A stretch of DNA of 64,000 nucleotides. Origin: Rhizodiscina lignyota (lineage: Eukaryota). The DNA lies in contig ML978134.1 in the NCBI GenBank assembly GCA_010015805.1, positions 372,001 to 436,000 of the forward strand, read 5' to 3'. The notes under the pieces are model-generated. The model saw only the letters and a list, made by a program, of their open reading frames with translations, was not told the origin of the DNA and did not search any database. Below, in pieces: positions 14,304 to 27,505 of this stretch; position 1 is the first letter of the stretch, and every line of letters begins with the position of its first letter. The translations under genes were made by a program, and so were the position numbers.

Positions 14304-16508
14304 TCAGGGCTGCAGTCCATCCAACTCTTCTTTCCTCTTGTGTTCAACATCATCTCTCCTCACAACCTTCCTCAGCGCATTCGCAGCGCGAACCACTCCA
14401 TCAATACTAATCGCATGATCCGTCATCCTCGCATTTAAATAACCACTGACCTCGGTCCTGCCGGGGCATGCAAGCAACGCCTTCTCATTCAATTTCAGCA
14501 GCGCCAGCGCCACGCAGAGCATGAAGATATCGCCATCTCTCCAGCAAAAGACAACATCCCACACCCGGTATAGAGCCTCGCCGCAGAATACCGCTGTGAA
14601 TGCCGATACGAACCAGCTAATGGCCAGGACCTCGAATTCAAGCCAGACGTCCTGCCTGTCGAAAAACGCGGCAAGTGCGGGCATCTGCTCGCTGACATAG
14701 CGTCTTAGCACTTTTGCGTCCGCGCGGGACGTTAGGAGCGCATCGCCCATGTACCCGTCCGGCAGGATCTTCTCAGTCAAGAACACCATGACCCAGAACG
14801 CCTCTTCAGCAGTGGGTAGAACGAGTAGCAGCGATCCTGCGATGAGGTTCATGCCCTGGCAGTACCCGACCCGTGGGTTGCGTCGCGCGAGCGCGACCAG
14901 CACGTCCGTGAGCTTGTGCGTGCCCGGCCCGTCCGGATTGCGGAAATACACATTGTCTTTAAGCGTGCGCTGGACATCTGCATCAATAGACTCTCGCACG
15001 ACGGCATCCGCAGGCGTCGCGTATTCTGGTGTTGAGAGCAGCGCGTGATAGTACTCTGGATCGCCCTGGACCTGGCTGCGCATACACTCACCCCAAACCT
15101 TCGAGCGCAGTTCGACAGGTATGCCCTGCAGGATAAGGCGATGCAGCTCCTTACGCTTGGCCTTGGCACCGCGGCCACTAAGGCCAATACTAGCAAACCC
15201 GATAACAGAACCTTCAACAAGGTGAGCTTCGGGGGATAAGTGCAATTTGCTATCTCCAGAGTCAGGACCAGTCTCGAGTTCGGTGCGAAGGCGGAGAACC
15301 AGCGCTCTGTTCATGAACTCATCGAACTCTTTCTTCTTCCTTTGTTGGCTGAGCTCATGCTCCTCGTTGACCTGCTTGAGAAGGGCTTCAGCTGACTGTG
15401 AGGGCGCCCTGTGGCTCTGGGATATGCTGGATGTCTCTTGAGTGTGGATTGAGACGTCTGTGGCAGACGAAGATTCAGAGTGAGGCCGATCTGGGAATAC
15501 CTCAGTAGTAGCTGATGATGCTGATACAGGGGACAAGACTGCTGTAACAGGGTCTGCTTTGTTGACAGCTAACTGAGTGCTACTTCCAACGGCAGCTCGC
15601 ACACGGTCCATGATGCGAAACGTGCTTGAAAACGGCATATCAGATAAAAATTGGGCAGTCGCTGCAGTGTCAAGAGTCAAGAAGTCTTGCCATCGCATGT
15701 TCGCTGACTTTTCGTCGTCATCATCGTCTCCCCTCGGAGATGCAGGAGCATTTAAAGAGATCGATATCGATGATGGCCGAGAATGTCCAAATGTGCTACT
15801 GCTCGGCGACATTGGACGTGCATTGGTGTAGGCCAAGCTCCGCCGCCGCTGTGTACCATCATGCTGCCTTCTTTTCCTCTTCTCTTCATAAAGGAACCCA
15901 AAGCCATCTACTAATGCGCTCGCTGGGCTATCCTGCTTATTTAACGCTGGTGGAAGTGCTTCTGATGGCAGCCAAGAATTCATCTCTACCGGAGCAAGCG
16001 GCCGCCTCGAGGAAACCGATGATGGGCGAGAGACTGGTAGCGATTGGGATGTCGTCTGTTCGGTCGTCATGGATCGGGGCCGAAAATAGGCAGGTATGCT
16101 GCTGATAGAATTTCCGTGTTTTCGCCCGCCTGGCTTCTTCACCGCTGTGTCCTCCTTCGGCGCAGTATACGCGTCCTGTGGAGGTGCTGATGTTGACCTC
16201 TCAAGGCCTGCAAACTCATGGTCCTCTGGCATCGGAGGGGTGGAAGCTAGAGAAGCGTGGTCTTGGAGTGCATCGTACAGTTCGTTTGCTAAGGGGTCAA
16301 AGCCATCGAAGAGCGGCTCTCGTCCGGATGCTGAACGTGGGGTATATAGTAGAGAAGTTATGTTGGGTCGTTGGATGTGAGGTCGCTTACCCTCGGGAGA
16401 GAAGCGTATGGTAGAAGTTGGCGAGACATCGTTCGCGAGGGAAGGGAAGAAGGTGAGGCTACCGGTCTGGTGTTGCTCGCTTGGAGGTCCTTCTCCAGAC
16501 TGTGCCAT
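14304..16508 (-). CDS. TBC-domain Rab GTPase-activating protein (N-terminus uncertain)
   Basis: GIPVELRSKVW, IDADVQRT (Arg finger), GYCQGMN (Gln finger), EEAFW, RVWD; long low-complexity N-terminal half. Confidence 0.88.
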   Translation of the reverse strand: MAQSGEGPPSEQHQTGSLTFFPSLANDVSPTSTIRFSPEGKRPHIQRPNITSLLYTPRSASGREPLFDGFDPLANELYDALQDHASLASTPPMPEDHEFAGLERSTSAPPQDAYTAPKEDTAVKKPGGRKHGNSISSIPAYFRPRSMTTEQTTSQSLPVSRPSSVSSRRPLAPVEMNSWLPSEALPPALNKQDSPASALVDGFGFLYEEKRKRRQHDGTQRRRSLAYTNARPMSPSSSTFGHSRPSSISISLNAPASPRGDDDDDEKSANMRWQDFLTLDTAATAQFLSDMPFSSTFRIMDRVRAAVGSSTQLAVNKADPVTAVLSPVSASSATTEVFPDRPHSESSSATDVSIHTQETSSISQSHRAPSQSAEALLKQVNEEHELSQQRKKKEFDEFMNRALVLRLRTELETGPDSGDSKLHLSPEAHLVEGSVIGFASIGLSGRGAKAKRKELHRLILQGIPVELRSKVWGECMRSQVQGDPEYYHALLSTPEYATPADAVVRESIDADVQRTLKDNVYFRNPDGPGTHKLTDVLVALARRNPRVGYCQGMNLIAGSLLLVLPTAEEAFWVMVFLTEKILPDGYMGDALLTSRADAKVLRRYVSEQMPALAAFFDRQDVWLEFEVLAISWFVSAFTAVFCGEALYRVWDVVFCWRDGDIFMLCVALALLKLNEKALLACPGRTEVSGYLNARMTDHAISIDGVVRAANALRKVVRRDDVEHKRKEELDGLQP

Positions 16509-17529
16509 CCCGTGCGTGTGCGACCGTCTCACACAACATGTGAGCAGGAGACGAGCACGAAAGCTCTATCTTCTCTTCCAAGATATAAGAGGACTCGGTA
16601 TAGCTGTGGTGCTTTCTGTGAAGCTTGTGTCCTTGAGGTATGTTCGGGGAAGTCATCCGATGGGAGAATAAGGTGGGGGTTCGAGGTTGCGGAATGGAGA
16701 TGATATGGGCCAAGACCATGAAGTTTCCAAACAGAACACAGGGCTTCAATCGTACCCTGTGAAGCCGGAAATGACAAGTAACGAGTGACAAGGAGCTCGT
16801 GAATGCGGGCAGTAACTTAGTAGTAAGACGTTCAAGTGCACTTGTCAACGACGCGCATGATGCGTCATGTCACGCTCGGTCCCTTTCGAACGGCATCCTC
16901 CGTCTTGGAGCTCTTCATCCACCAACCACGGACTTCCATCTCTGCTGTTTCGACGATTTCTTCAACTTGCATGATCTTTAGAGATTTCACGCGCAATCGT
17001 CGTGGCTGGTGAATCTGTTTTGAAGCTCATATATTCTTGCGAGCCAAATCACCGTTGACACAACAAGGACCAAGGGTGCTATCTGGTGCTTCATGATATC
17101 TCCTGATGATGGAACCCAACTAGCTCATAAAACCGCGTCCGCCGGTTGAAGAGCGCAAGATCGATGAAATTATTGAAGACAGCGTCCGTGAGAGAAACCT
17201 CCAGTCTGAATAATAAACTCTCCATCCTCCTGAGGATAAATTCTTCTTGGCTACCAAGTGTAGAAGCTACTTCACACCGAGCCAGATTTACGCTTTTTCT
17301 TTTTCATTTGAAATATTCGCTAACAGTTACACCATCATGATCGCGACCTCGTCATTTCTTGTTCCATGGAGCTTGTTCTCTCGTCATTCACCACCATTCC
17401 CATACCGGCTCTTCGAGAGGAATCAGCATACCTGGACCGCTTGGAGTCCAGTGACTTGATGGCCTGATCAGGCTGTCAACATCATAAGTTTAGATGGAGG
17501 AAAGAGCAGGAGATGATCACTCACCTGTT

Positions 17530-18334
17530 TTACGGTGGGGGCGCCTGATCCCTTCCTGGAACGTCGTGCCTGTCGAGCGCGGCATTGGGCACTGGCATGT
17601 TCTCGTTGACACTGATATCGTTCCTCTGTACCATTAGGTCTCTCCTCACAATGTGCAGTGAGATAGCAGAAGCTCCGGACAATATGAAGAGAATCCTATC
17701 TCCAAGTCAGAACTTGTCCGAGTATCAAGGTGATGTCCAACTTACATGATGACAACGTCTAGGCCTTGTGTAGCCTCATACCAATGGTGTCGGCGCTCAA
17801 AGCCAACGATTGGTCTGTCGCCTCTTGCCGCACAAAAATCCACAAATTCTCCATTCGCACTTGCACAGTTGCAGCACTTTCCCGCATATACAACGAATGA
17901 AGGCACGATGGTGCCGCATACGGAGCAGAGATCGGAGCAGGAACAGAAGGCTGACCCAAGAGCAGCGGCCCACAACACGACAAATATCGCGTATATCATC
18001 AGCCAGATGTTTGGTGTCAAGTAACCTAGCCTGTTTCTCGATCCGCGAAAACAGTGGTGTAGCAGAAGGAGCGTAGGCAGGATGATGAACGTAATGACGC
18101 CCTGCAAGGTATCAGCTTTATATACATGTCACAAGGCTTCAGGCTCATACTAACAGCCGCAATGTTGTAGTCGAGCTTGCCCGGTGAGTCGCATCCTAAG
18201 TCGTTCTTGAAGCCATTGGCAGCGGCTGCAGTAATGCCAATAACAACGATGGACAGAACTACCGCAAGTAAGAGAAAGACCAAGATGGCTATGTTTAGTA
18301 CATCGCGGAGACGCTCATCTCTGATGTACCTCAT
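17530..18334 (-). CDS. Four-helix (MARVEL-like) membrane protein with Cys-rich loop
   Basis: Three exons joined by GT-AG introns (~18105-18151, ~17696-17745); four hydrophobic segments; loop CSCSDLCSVC..CCNC..C. Confidence 0.6.
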
Positions 18335-18944
18335 TGCAGTAGTGGTAAACGATTTGCAGGACTCAATGAGGGCGGCGGCAAGCAAACGGATGAGAGAGAA
18401 GATTACCTATCCTGAGAGCCGCCATAAAAGGTATGCTCTATTTAAACAAACCAGCCTCGCTCTCTCTTTCTCACACTTTGCGCAGGCAGCGCAGGCAGCG
18501 CAGCCTTGCGGTTGAGCTCGTTGAAGGCATCGCGAGATCACCGGTGATGCCTTTGGGACACGGCCACACCACACGCTCGTATTAGAGGATGTCTGATTTG
18601 TTGAGGGTGAAAAGCATCGTCACTTTCGATAAGACATCCTCTTCCATACCAAGGTTTATGCATAAAGTATGTCATAACTAACCGGTTGCTTCGTTGCCTC
18701 GTTTAAGTTGGCCAGGCTTCCCGGGTAGCGATTGGATGGTCTACCACCCGCCATCATGCTCGCGTATGTAAGTTACGTGGAATTTCAGCTACTTGCGACA
18801 TTTTACTTCAGCACCGGACAGCTGCCAGATGATTGATAATACTGTAGAGACAAAGATGGATACTTTTCTTGCCTTGTTGCTATTCTCTCTTCTCGTAAGT
18901 CTTGGGTGCGTTTCATGAAGGCGGTCTGCAGCTTTCACTACAAC

Positions 18945-20857
18945 ATGTCAATCCCGAATACGGAAAATGTGAAGAATGGACTTTGAACTGACCATTCGCA
19001 AAAGTTCGGGTTTCGTAAGCTCTCCAAAGGCTCCCCTGTCGATCTGTCTGACTGCTGCAGGAACACAGCTGCTAGTTACTGAACCTACATCGGACATCCT
19101 TACGAACACTCTTGGGATTCTTGTCACTATTGCCTGCTCGAGGCTTTTCCGCATGGGCCTCCGTGGTCTCGAAATCCTAGGTCTCTTTTTAGAAGATGCA
19201 AGAGATCCTGAGAGTTTCGCATGGCGCAATATTCGTGCTGGTCTGGACACCATGTCGTCAGGCGCTATTCACCTTGGCCCTCTACAGCCAATCCCACCTG
19301 ACCGGCGAAAAAAAATCTTTACGGCTCTTTGGCATGGCTTTGGCACTTTCCGTTATCTTTGTTGCATTCCTCTTATTTGGTGCTCTGGCGGCGTTCCTCG
19401 CAACGACCAGCATCGCCTTGTCAAGAGACCCGCGTTGCGGGCTCTACAGCCTTCAGGAAGTGGTTTGGCCTAATAATCTGAATATTTCTAGACCTTACGA
19501 GTCTAGTGTACAAGCCGAGAGTGCAACTCTTGCAGAGAGCTGCTTGAATGCCGATAGCCCCGACTGCGGGTCATTTATTGATCCCGCGCTCTCCATAACC
19601 GTCGAGAACTCAACATGTCCATTCGATGCTCACTTGTGCTATGGAAACGGTGTGAGCCCAATTAGAATAAGTACTGGGGCTGTTTCGGCGCGGAAAATTG
19701 GCATCAATAGCCCTGGCCTCCTCGAGTTCAATAGGACAACGGTGTGTTCCCCGGTGAACATGAACAGGACATATGTCAATCTAGTCAGTCAGCAGGGCAA
19801 TAAGTGGACATTTGGTTATTATTATGGACGCAGCTACGGGTGGCCGACGACTTCTTATGAGACGATTAGGCGCGGTGATAGGGGCGACTTGCCAAACTAC
19901 GAAGTGGCGTAAGCCTTCTCCGATCTTCTCTCCGTTTGATATCTTCTCATTGTTTACAGTCCATTGTGGTCAGATGGCTCTCCGAGTAATCCCTGGCTAC
20001 CGATTCGAGAGCTCACGCCTGAGTTTGGTTCATCTACTACGCTTGTCATCATCGTATCCCAAAAGATCAACTATCTGGAAAGACGTTCGGATCCCATCTT
20101 TCCCGCGGAAGACAACACGACATTCTCAGGAGATCCGCGAATCTACTATATAAACCTTTCTGGTCCTGGCACGGTGTTGGCCTGCGTTGACAAGAGCGAG
20201 TGGCGCTATCCTGCGGTCAATGAGTTGTGGTTCCTCCTTGGTCAACTCCCTACCAAGGAGATGCACGACTCGCGAAATGGCAAGGCACTCTACCTGCTCA
20301 TTAACTCTTTAATCGGTTCAACCATCTATTCATCTTTCAATCTCCGCCTCGCGTCCGCTCTCAACGCCCAGTCACGTATCACGGGATTTGTGTCCCTCCC
20401 TTTAGCAAAGGAGCAGTGGAAGACCGAAGTGCAGCAGCTCTTCAATGCCTCCTTGGCTAGGATTATGATCAATGCCCGTGACATTGCTCGCGGAGCGAAA
20501 AGCGAGTATTACGGATTCAAGAAGGCGCCCCGTGTAGAGATCGATATTTGTGATGGGACATACCTCATGAAGACCAGCGGATGGAAGAACATCAACTTCA
20601 CCGGGATGATGTGGGTCCTGTGCACTTCCGTGCTCGTCATGCTGCTCGCGATACCATTCACAGTGCAAATCAATAGCAGAGATGTAGACGTTCTCCCTAT
20701 TGAGTATGTATGCAAATGGCCGTGGAACTTCGCCAAGTGGTTGGGGAAACTAGCAAAGGAAGTAGGACATTTTATCTCCCGGATTTGGGAGAGCAGACCA
20801 CAGTTCCCTTCATGGCAGGCCATTAAGCAGACGATATCACGTATTTTCACATGTTAG
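18945..20857 (+). pseudogene. Disrupted multi-pass membrane glycoprotein gene of unknown function
   Basis: Exon 1 MSIPNTENVKNGL*TDHSQ has in-frame TGA at 18984-18986; intron 19015-19060 restores frame; frame switch needed near 19150-19200; intron 19909-19959; coding-like ORFs 19196-19908 and 19960-20857. Confidence 0.6.
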
Positions 20858-21367
20858 GCCGCTATTAGAACATCTTGGTATGCAAATTACTATATAATTC
20901 CAACACATGAAAGCGCCAGGGCTTGACCGTGTATTGCGAACGCGAACATGGCGCGTGAATGATGTACTGCCCCTTTATTAGCGGAAGAAAAAAAATTCAG
21001 ACTAAGAATATGTAGCCATATTGAGACTCTGAACTCAAACGAATGCGAGAATGGACCGATTTTGAGCTCTGGAAGGAAGCACGATAGCCTTGAAGTGACA
21101 GACACGCGGAGACCAACCAAGTCTATGGGGCCTACGCCACCTAACATTCGGTACCCCCACACCCAAGTCCTTCTCTCCTTGGACACGACAGAATGTTGCG
21201 AAACCCTCAGGAGTTGCAGTCAAAATCGTAGGTTTTGGAATAACTTGTAGATTCCAGTGCAACTGACATTAACCAAAGATAGCCAGTCTTTCCAGCCCCT
21301 CCATCTAAAGCTTCGAGGTAGCACCTCCTACGCCATCGAATGACGTTACATTCAATTCCAATTCCGA

Positions 21368-22297
21368 ATGGCTTTCACGGACGAAGAAGCTGCGCTGCTC
21401 GCTATTTCAACCCTCCACGAGCCATCAGATGAGCAGTTGTTAAGTCAAGCCAAAATCGCAAGCCTCCTGGCATCTGATGATCCTTTCATTGATATTCATG
21501 AGCTTTTTGGTCTTTACAATGTCCTCTACTTCCGAGGTCTACTCTTGCCGCGAGTCGAAGTCTTATGGTCTGCTCGATTAACGCTGTACGGTCCCTCATG
21601 TCCACGTTGTAAATGTTGGGTTTAACACTGCTAGATGTGCCGGAATATGCGAACTCGTGAAGGATAATGAAGGCAAATACCGGCGAATCCGCCTCAAACT
21701 GTCTGAGCCTTTACTCAAATTTCGGCCTCGTGAGGACACCATCAACACGCTGCTGCATGAGTATGATGACTGTTTTGTCTATGTGAAGCACAACGCTAAC
21801 CAAAACCTAGAGCAATACATGCATACTTCTTCATCACAACCTCCTGGCACCATTCTCGAGGAGACGATGGTACGGGCCACGGCGAGGGCTTCCTCTTCCT
21901 GGCTGACGCGATCAACAATCATGGCAACTACCTCATCACCGTTTACCACACGTTTCACGACGAGGTGGACAGCTATCGCAAGCACATCTGGCAATGCAGT
22001 GGACCTTGCAAAGATCGGCCTCCGTACTTTGGGCTCGTGAAGCGAAGCATGAACCGTCCTCCTGGAAAAGGCGACTCCTGGTGGAAGCGGCATGAGCAGG
22101 AATGTGGAGGCACTTACACCAAGATTGCGGAACCTGCGTTGACGAAGGATCAGGTCAGGAAATTGAGTGCGAAGGAAAGGGCCGGGATGCAGAAGAATAA
22201 GATCGATAGTTGGCTGAAACGTCCGGTTGAGAGTGAGGCATCAAAAGCTTCATCGGAGAACGGAGTCTCAAAGATGGATGAACCTCCAAAAGATTGA
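21368..22297 (+). CDS. SprT-domain metalloprotease (Spartan/SPRTN-like)
   Basis: DIHELFGLYNVLYF, WSARLTLCAGIC, IRLKLSEPLLKFRPR, HEAIH (HExxH split by an intron ~21761-21809), GHG, HTFHDEV, WQCSGPC, VKRSMNRPPG, WWKRHEQECGGTYTKIAEP. Confidence 0.92.
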
Positions 22298-23160
22298 GTG
22301 TTTATGGTCAGGACGTTAAAGTACTCAAGGATGTCGGCCTCATATCGCTCGAATACTAAATCATGGTTCATGAATTACATCTCGTGGAAGCGCCCGGAGC
22401 CGTCCACGAAAGCTACACGATAATGCAATCACGCTGTAGTAGGAGCATGGTCGACTATTATCTCGACTTTGAATATGCAACTATCCATATTGTATAGTAG
22501 TCGTTGGCGAATCTTCTCAAGGATGGGATGTGATGCAATCACAAGGTGCCGGAAGCGTTTGCAACAATCGTCCATAGCTCGAAAGATGTACTAGTTACAT
22601 GTATGGGCGCGCGGACGACTTGAATTTGAAATTGTAACGCGCTGCGGGGGCCTCTTGGACGGAATGGGCGTCCCGTCGAATATTCAAGGTTCAAATGTGT
22701 TGCGGGTATACCATGTGAGGAGGCGAAGGTGTTGCCAAACATTCCACCCTCTGTACCAGGAGAGTACTCGATGCGGTGGAGAAGGAATCGCATGCCCCGT
22801 AATTTATGAATTTGACAAGGTAGCTTGAACCCTTCAAGTGGATCCCAGCACAACATGCGCGCTACGCAAGCATTACCACTTTGGGACGCGTACGTTGAAA
22901 ATCACAAAAATTTCGGGTCTGCACATCGTATGCTAGCATGCAAAGTCGATGAAATGTCTAGATATTTGTGCTTCCGCACATGCTGTCCCATGCGCTGCAT
23001 ATGGTTATTGTGGGTGGTTCGCACACGATACCACAAAAAGTCAGGAGAGGCAAACGCTAATTACATATGAAAAGGCTAAATACCCATGCTTCCGAATATA
23101 CAATGCCGAGATAGAGATATGAGGAACGAAACTGCCAAGAATAATAATCAGAGACCATCT

Positions 23161-24074
23161 TTACACTACTCCGTACGCCTGATCGGTTCCGCGTCGCTCT
23201 CGCCGCCCACCCACGATTTTCATTGGTCGCAACTCCGAAGCAGAACCTTGAGATCCTGGTGCAACCTGATCGACCTTCGACAATGTCAATCCTAGGAAGA
23301 GGAATATGAACACGATAAGGAATTCTTCCACAACATCCATCCCCACCAGTGCACCGATTGACCCTCCAATGAGGCGGAAGTCTTTGCTGTGCACGAAGAC
23401 AACGAGAACGGAGTATATGAGCCTGGCCAAGATTAAGGGCATAGCCACTGCCACTCCGATGGAGATTCTTCGCCCTTCTCCACTGAGAGGTAGAGTTTTG
23501 CTGAGACAAATCAGGCAAACTAAGGCAATGGCTACGTATGCGCCGAGGTAGAGAATTATGCCGACTTTAGAGGTGACAGGGACATCGCTTTCGGCGCCAC
23601 TGGGGGTGATGTTCGTATTTGTTCCGCCGACGATGCTGAGGATAAGGCCGACTACGACTATGACATGGATGATGCGGGAATAACGGACGGGGAGGGTGTG
23701 AGTATTTGAGGGATTGGAGTTTAGCCAATCAACGCTGGATGAAGTCAGCATCAGAAACTGGATTTGATATCCGTTGGAAGCTATTGCAGTACTCACACTC
23801 TAAATAAGAGGCCTACTGCTGCGAGCAACAAGGGCGATATCCCAATTGAATCGATGATGGCTGTCGCTTCGAAAAGGCCTTCAGAAGTGTTGCTGTAAGT
23901 GAGGAGTTGACATACGGCTCCAGCGACGCGGATACCGCAGAGGAGTAGTGTGTATATCCAGCCCGAGCTGCGCTTGAAGCCATGGCGTGCGCAGATAAAG
24001 AATGCAAGAACAAAGCAGGGGACGAAGACGATGATTTGAGCGACCGACACCCAGCCTCTATCGTTGATATGCAT
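23161..24074 (-). CDS. Seven-transmembrane fungal membrane protein (RTA1-like architecture)
   Basis: RHGFKRSSGWIY, SIGISPLLLA, PLILARLIYS, GMDVVEEF; intron 23735-23796; about seven hydrophobic segments. Confidence 0.8.
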
Positions 24075-25103
24075 CGTTTCCGACGGTAGGATGGACAGAG
24101 ACAGAAACGAAGCTTGTTGAGTAAATTCTCAATGTCCTTGAAGAAGCACAATAGGTCTCGACAGTGGCCACTTCAACTTGAAAGATAGAAGAAAAACGGT
24201 TGGTGAATGGCGGAGTTCAATTGAAGGAGAATGTGAGATCTTGCTGTACCTCTATATGTGACTTGGGACTCTCTCCGGCGGATATATATGAGAGCACGTC
24301 TTTACACTATCCAAATGATACCAAACGCAGCCTCGTGCATTTCCTGAGCAACAGGGGCAAACCAGCCTCCATGGGTCGCGAAATTGGCCGGATGAGGCAA
24401 TAGAAGCTCTATACTAAGTGACACCTCGCGAAGAGTCGTTGTCAGCAATGTCAAAGCCACCACACTGCAGCATCTTCTGGCTGTCCGGGGATGGTTGTGA
24501 TGAAAGAAAGTATGATGGGACGTCACGAACGAGACGCCACAGCCGCCCCCGCTAGCCCCGTTTGAGTCCAATTTTCGAGGTGTCGACTAGCGCCTGGCGT
24601 GCAGAGATACCGCAGAGATACCCTGGCGCTTTATGCTGCCCTAACAGACACGCAAACCGGCTTACTCACACTCAACGCCTGCATCTCGGTGTGCTCCGAC
24701 CCTGAACAAGCTCCGCGTACAAGAGTCAAGCATTGTGGCTGAAGGCTTGCGCGATTGCCAATTTGTAGATGGCATGCGACCACCGTCATCGGCCTGAGGC
24801 GCATACGCGAAGATCCTTCAGCTCTCAGATTCGCGCTATGGCAGGCTACCCACGGACTGCTTGCGCGTAATGATACCATATTATAACTTTGCTCCTTAAA
24901 CTTCAGTGACTGCTGTAGCTTGAATATCGTTCTGTCATCGTCGTTTGCGTATTGTGGTTTTATTGAATAAGCATTGTCAAGAGCGTTTCGTTGTTTGTCA
25001 GACGCTTCCTACGGAGTATAATTTCTTCTAGGTCATCCCCTTCGCAAACATCGTCCGAACGGTCGACTACAGAGGATCGCGACTTGCGCGACTTGCGGTC
25101 CCA

Positions 25104-27041
25104 ATGGTATATTGTGGAAAGCCATCAGGCGGATGCTATTCGTGCCGGGAGCGACGTATCAAGGTATGGTGCATCCCAAAACCCGCTCCCCCTTGCTCTG
25201 TTACTGCAGACCCGTCAGCCCCTTATGAGTTGCATTCCCAAATAGGCTACACCACGTCTCATAACTGGCTTGTGCCTCAAGGCGGAGCTGGAGTAGAGAG
25301 TGTTGTACGTCCAGTAATTGTGTTCTAGTAGCCGAACTGCAGCATTTTCAGGCGCTAAGGCCATTGCCACACGCCATGAGGTGCGAACAGTTGGACTGGT
25401 GTGAGAGGATTGGAGTCGAAAGCAAAGGCTAAGTCGCACAAACGGTGTGGCTGGCTTGTGCAGAGTCCTCCACGCACTGAACGCGTCGGCAATTATTCAT
25501 ACGCTTCCAGCAGGATCGTGGTCAACTGCTGTTCCCACTGTAAAACATCTGCATTGCTTGCATAGCTTACTGATACCGTTTATAGTGTGATCAGCGCCGC
25601 CCCGGATGCTCGCAATGCTCGAGAATCTGGATAGCTTGTCCTGGATATAGAGACAAACTCGACACTCTCTTCCGCGATGAGAGCGATACAGTCGCTCGGA
25701 GGATTCGAAAGAAACAAGGGAAAGCAAACCATGCGTACCCTGATATCGCTTCGTCCACGACATCGTTACCGTCTTCCGATGACCCGTCCTCAGATAAATG
25801 GCAACCGCCCGTACTCTCAGCCCCTCCGATTTGCTTAGAGGACATTGCTTTCAACCACTTCGTCTCCTGCTATATCCCTCACAGCCACTTTTCCTACCTG
25901 CCAGTCCTTCACCAGAGAGTTCGGCATGATTCTGCTCTGGCCACTACCGCACTCGCGACGTCACTGGCAAACTTTTCGGTTACAACAAACGATCCAAAAT
26001 TAATGAACGAGGCTCGCTCAGCCTATTCCAAAGCTCTTGCGCAAACCAACGCGGCGCTAGCAAACCCGTTGCAGGCTACAGAGGATGCCACTCTCGTGTC
26101 TGTCCTTCTCCTCGGCCTCTTCGAGGCGCTCGCTCATCCGGGTCGTCGTTTTTCGCCAGACGGCTGGAGAACACACTTAGAAGGAGCTTTGACTATTCTA
26201 CAGCTACGCGGCAAGGATCAGTTTTTATCAGAGGTTGGAAGGAATCTATTCATCCAGGTCATCGTCAGCGTACGGACTAGCAGCGCCGAGCAAGTCATCA
26301 AGGTGCCTCCAGCACTGATCGAACTCGAACGTCAAGCTAGGCCGTTCATCGATTCGATGGACCCCCGGCTGCGCTTCTTGGACATTCTGGAGGGCTTTCA
26401 AAGCCTACGCACTGCCATGAAATTTGAGACGTTGGTTGACGCTTGTGAAATTATACCAAAGGCTTTCTCATTGGACCAGAAGGTTATTGAAGTTATGGAC
26501 AGCATACCCGAGAGCTGGTCGAAACCGGTACTCTTATCGATGCCGTTCGGCTCATACTCGCAACATCGAGCCCTTCAGCTATGGAACTCTCTTCGCATGA
26601 TGCGCATCTTTCTCAACGAGCTCGTCTGGAAGCAGATACGGTACTCCACAACACCATATGCTTCCGTGCCTAGCAACCGGAGAATCCTAGAGTTGACAGC
26701 ACGGAACGGCGAGTCCATGGGCCATGAGATCTGCGCGACAGTGGATATGTCGAATCCAGACGTAGAGATCACGTCGGCGGAGGCCTCCATGCTTGTTTGG
26801 CCTCTTGCAGCAGCCGGCGAGTCAGCAATGTCATCAGATGCTCTTCGCGCGCTTGTCATTGAGCGGCTGTACTGGCTTGGTCGGAAGGCGAGATTACCGC
26901 AGGCGTTATGGGCAGCACAGATGCTAGAAGAAGGGACCCAGTTGGAAGGATGGTACGTAGTGTCATTGTTCGTTTGCTATAAAAGGATAAACAACTAAAT
27001 TCTTAATTCCGCGCAGGCTTCCGATGTACCACCTCGCCTAA
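25104..27041 (+). CDS. Zn(II)2Cys6 transcription factor with fungal TF C-terminal domain
   Basis: MVYCGKPSGGCYSCRERRIK | intron 25164-25585 | CDQRRPGCSQCSRIWIACPGY; open frame into ORF 26003 (LLGLFE, HLEGA..LQLRG); last intron ~26953-27016. Confidence 0.92.
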
Positions 27042-27505
27042 AGCTACCAGAAAAGGCCAGTCACAATTCCGTTACTCCCGCGCGTAAAAGGATCAGAGTA
27101 TTTCATTATTGGAGTAGGAGCCTTAGAGGCCTCAAATGGCTCAACATACCATATCTCATTGAACAAATCTGAGAGGAGTGGGAGGTACGTTCTGTTACAT
27201 CGAACTGTTAGACTCGGCACAGCCCGCAAGCATGCGGGCTCTACCACATCAAGAATTACGAATCTCAGGACACGAGAGGAATTTAGAAATTCGAGTACAT
27301 TGCATTCACGTTCCATTCCAAATGTACAAGCATGGGTCGCATGGCAGCGACAGTGAAGCATTCCCGTCCATCGTATGAACATTTCCGACCGAACTTTTTT
27401 GCCCCGCGAAAACCGCAGTAGCCTTCCCATCGGCACGAACGCCGTTCTATGCCCGGAGCCCCAGTAACACCGTACCTTACCAAGGCTATGCATGCGCATT
27501 CAGCG

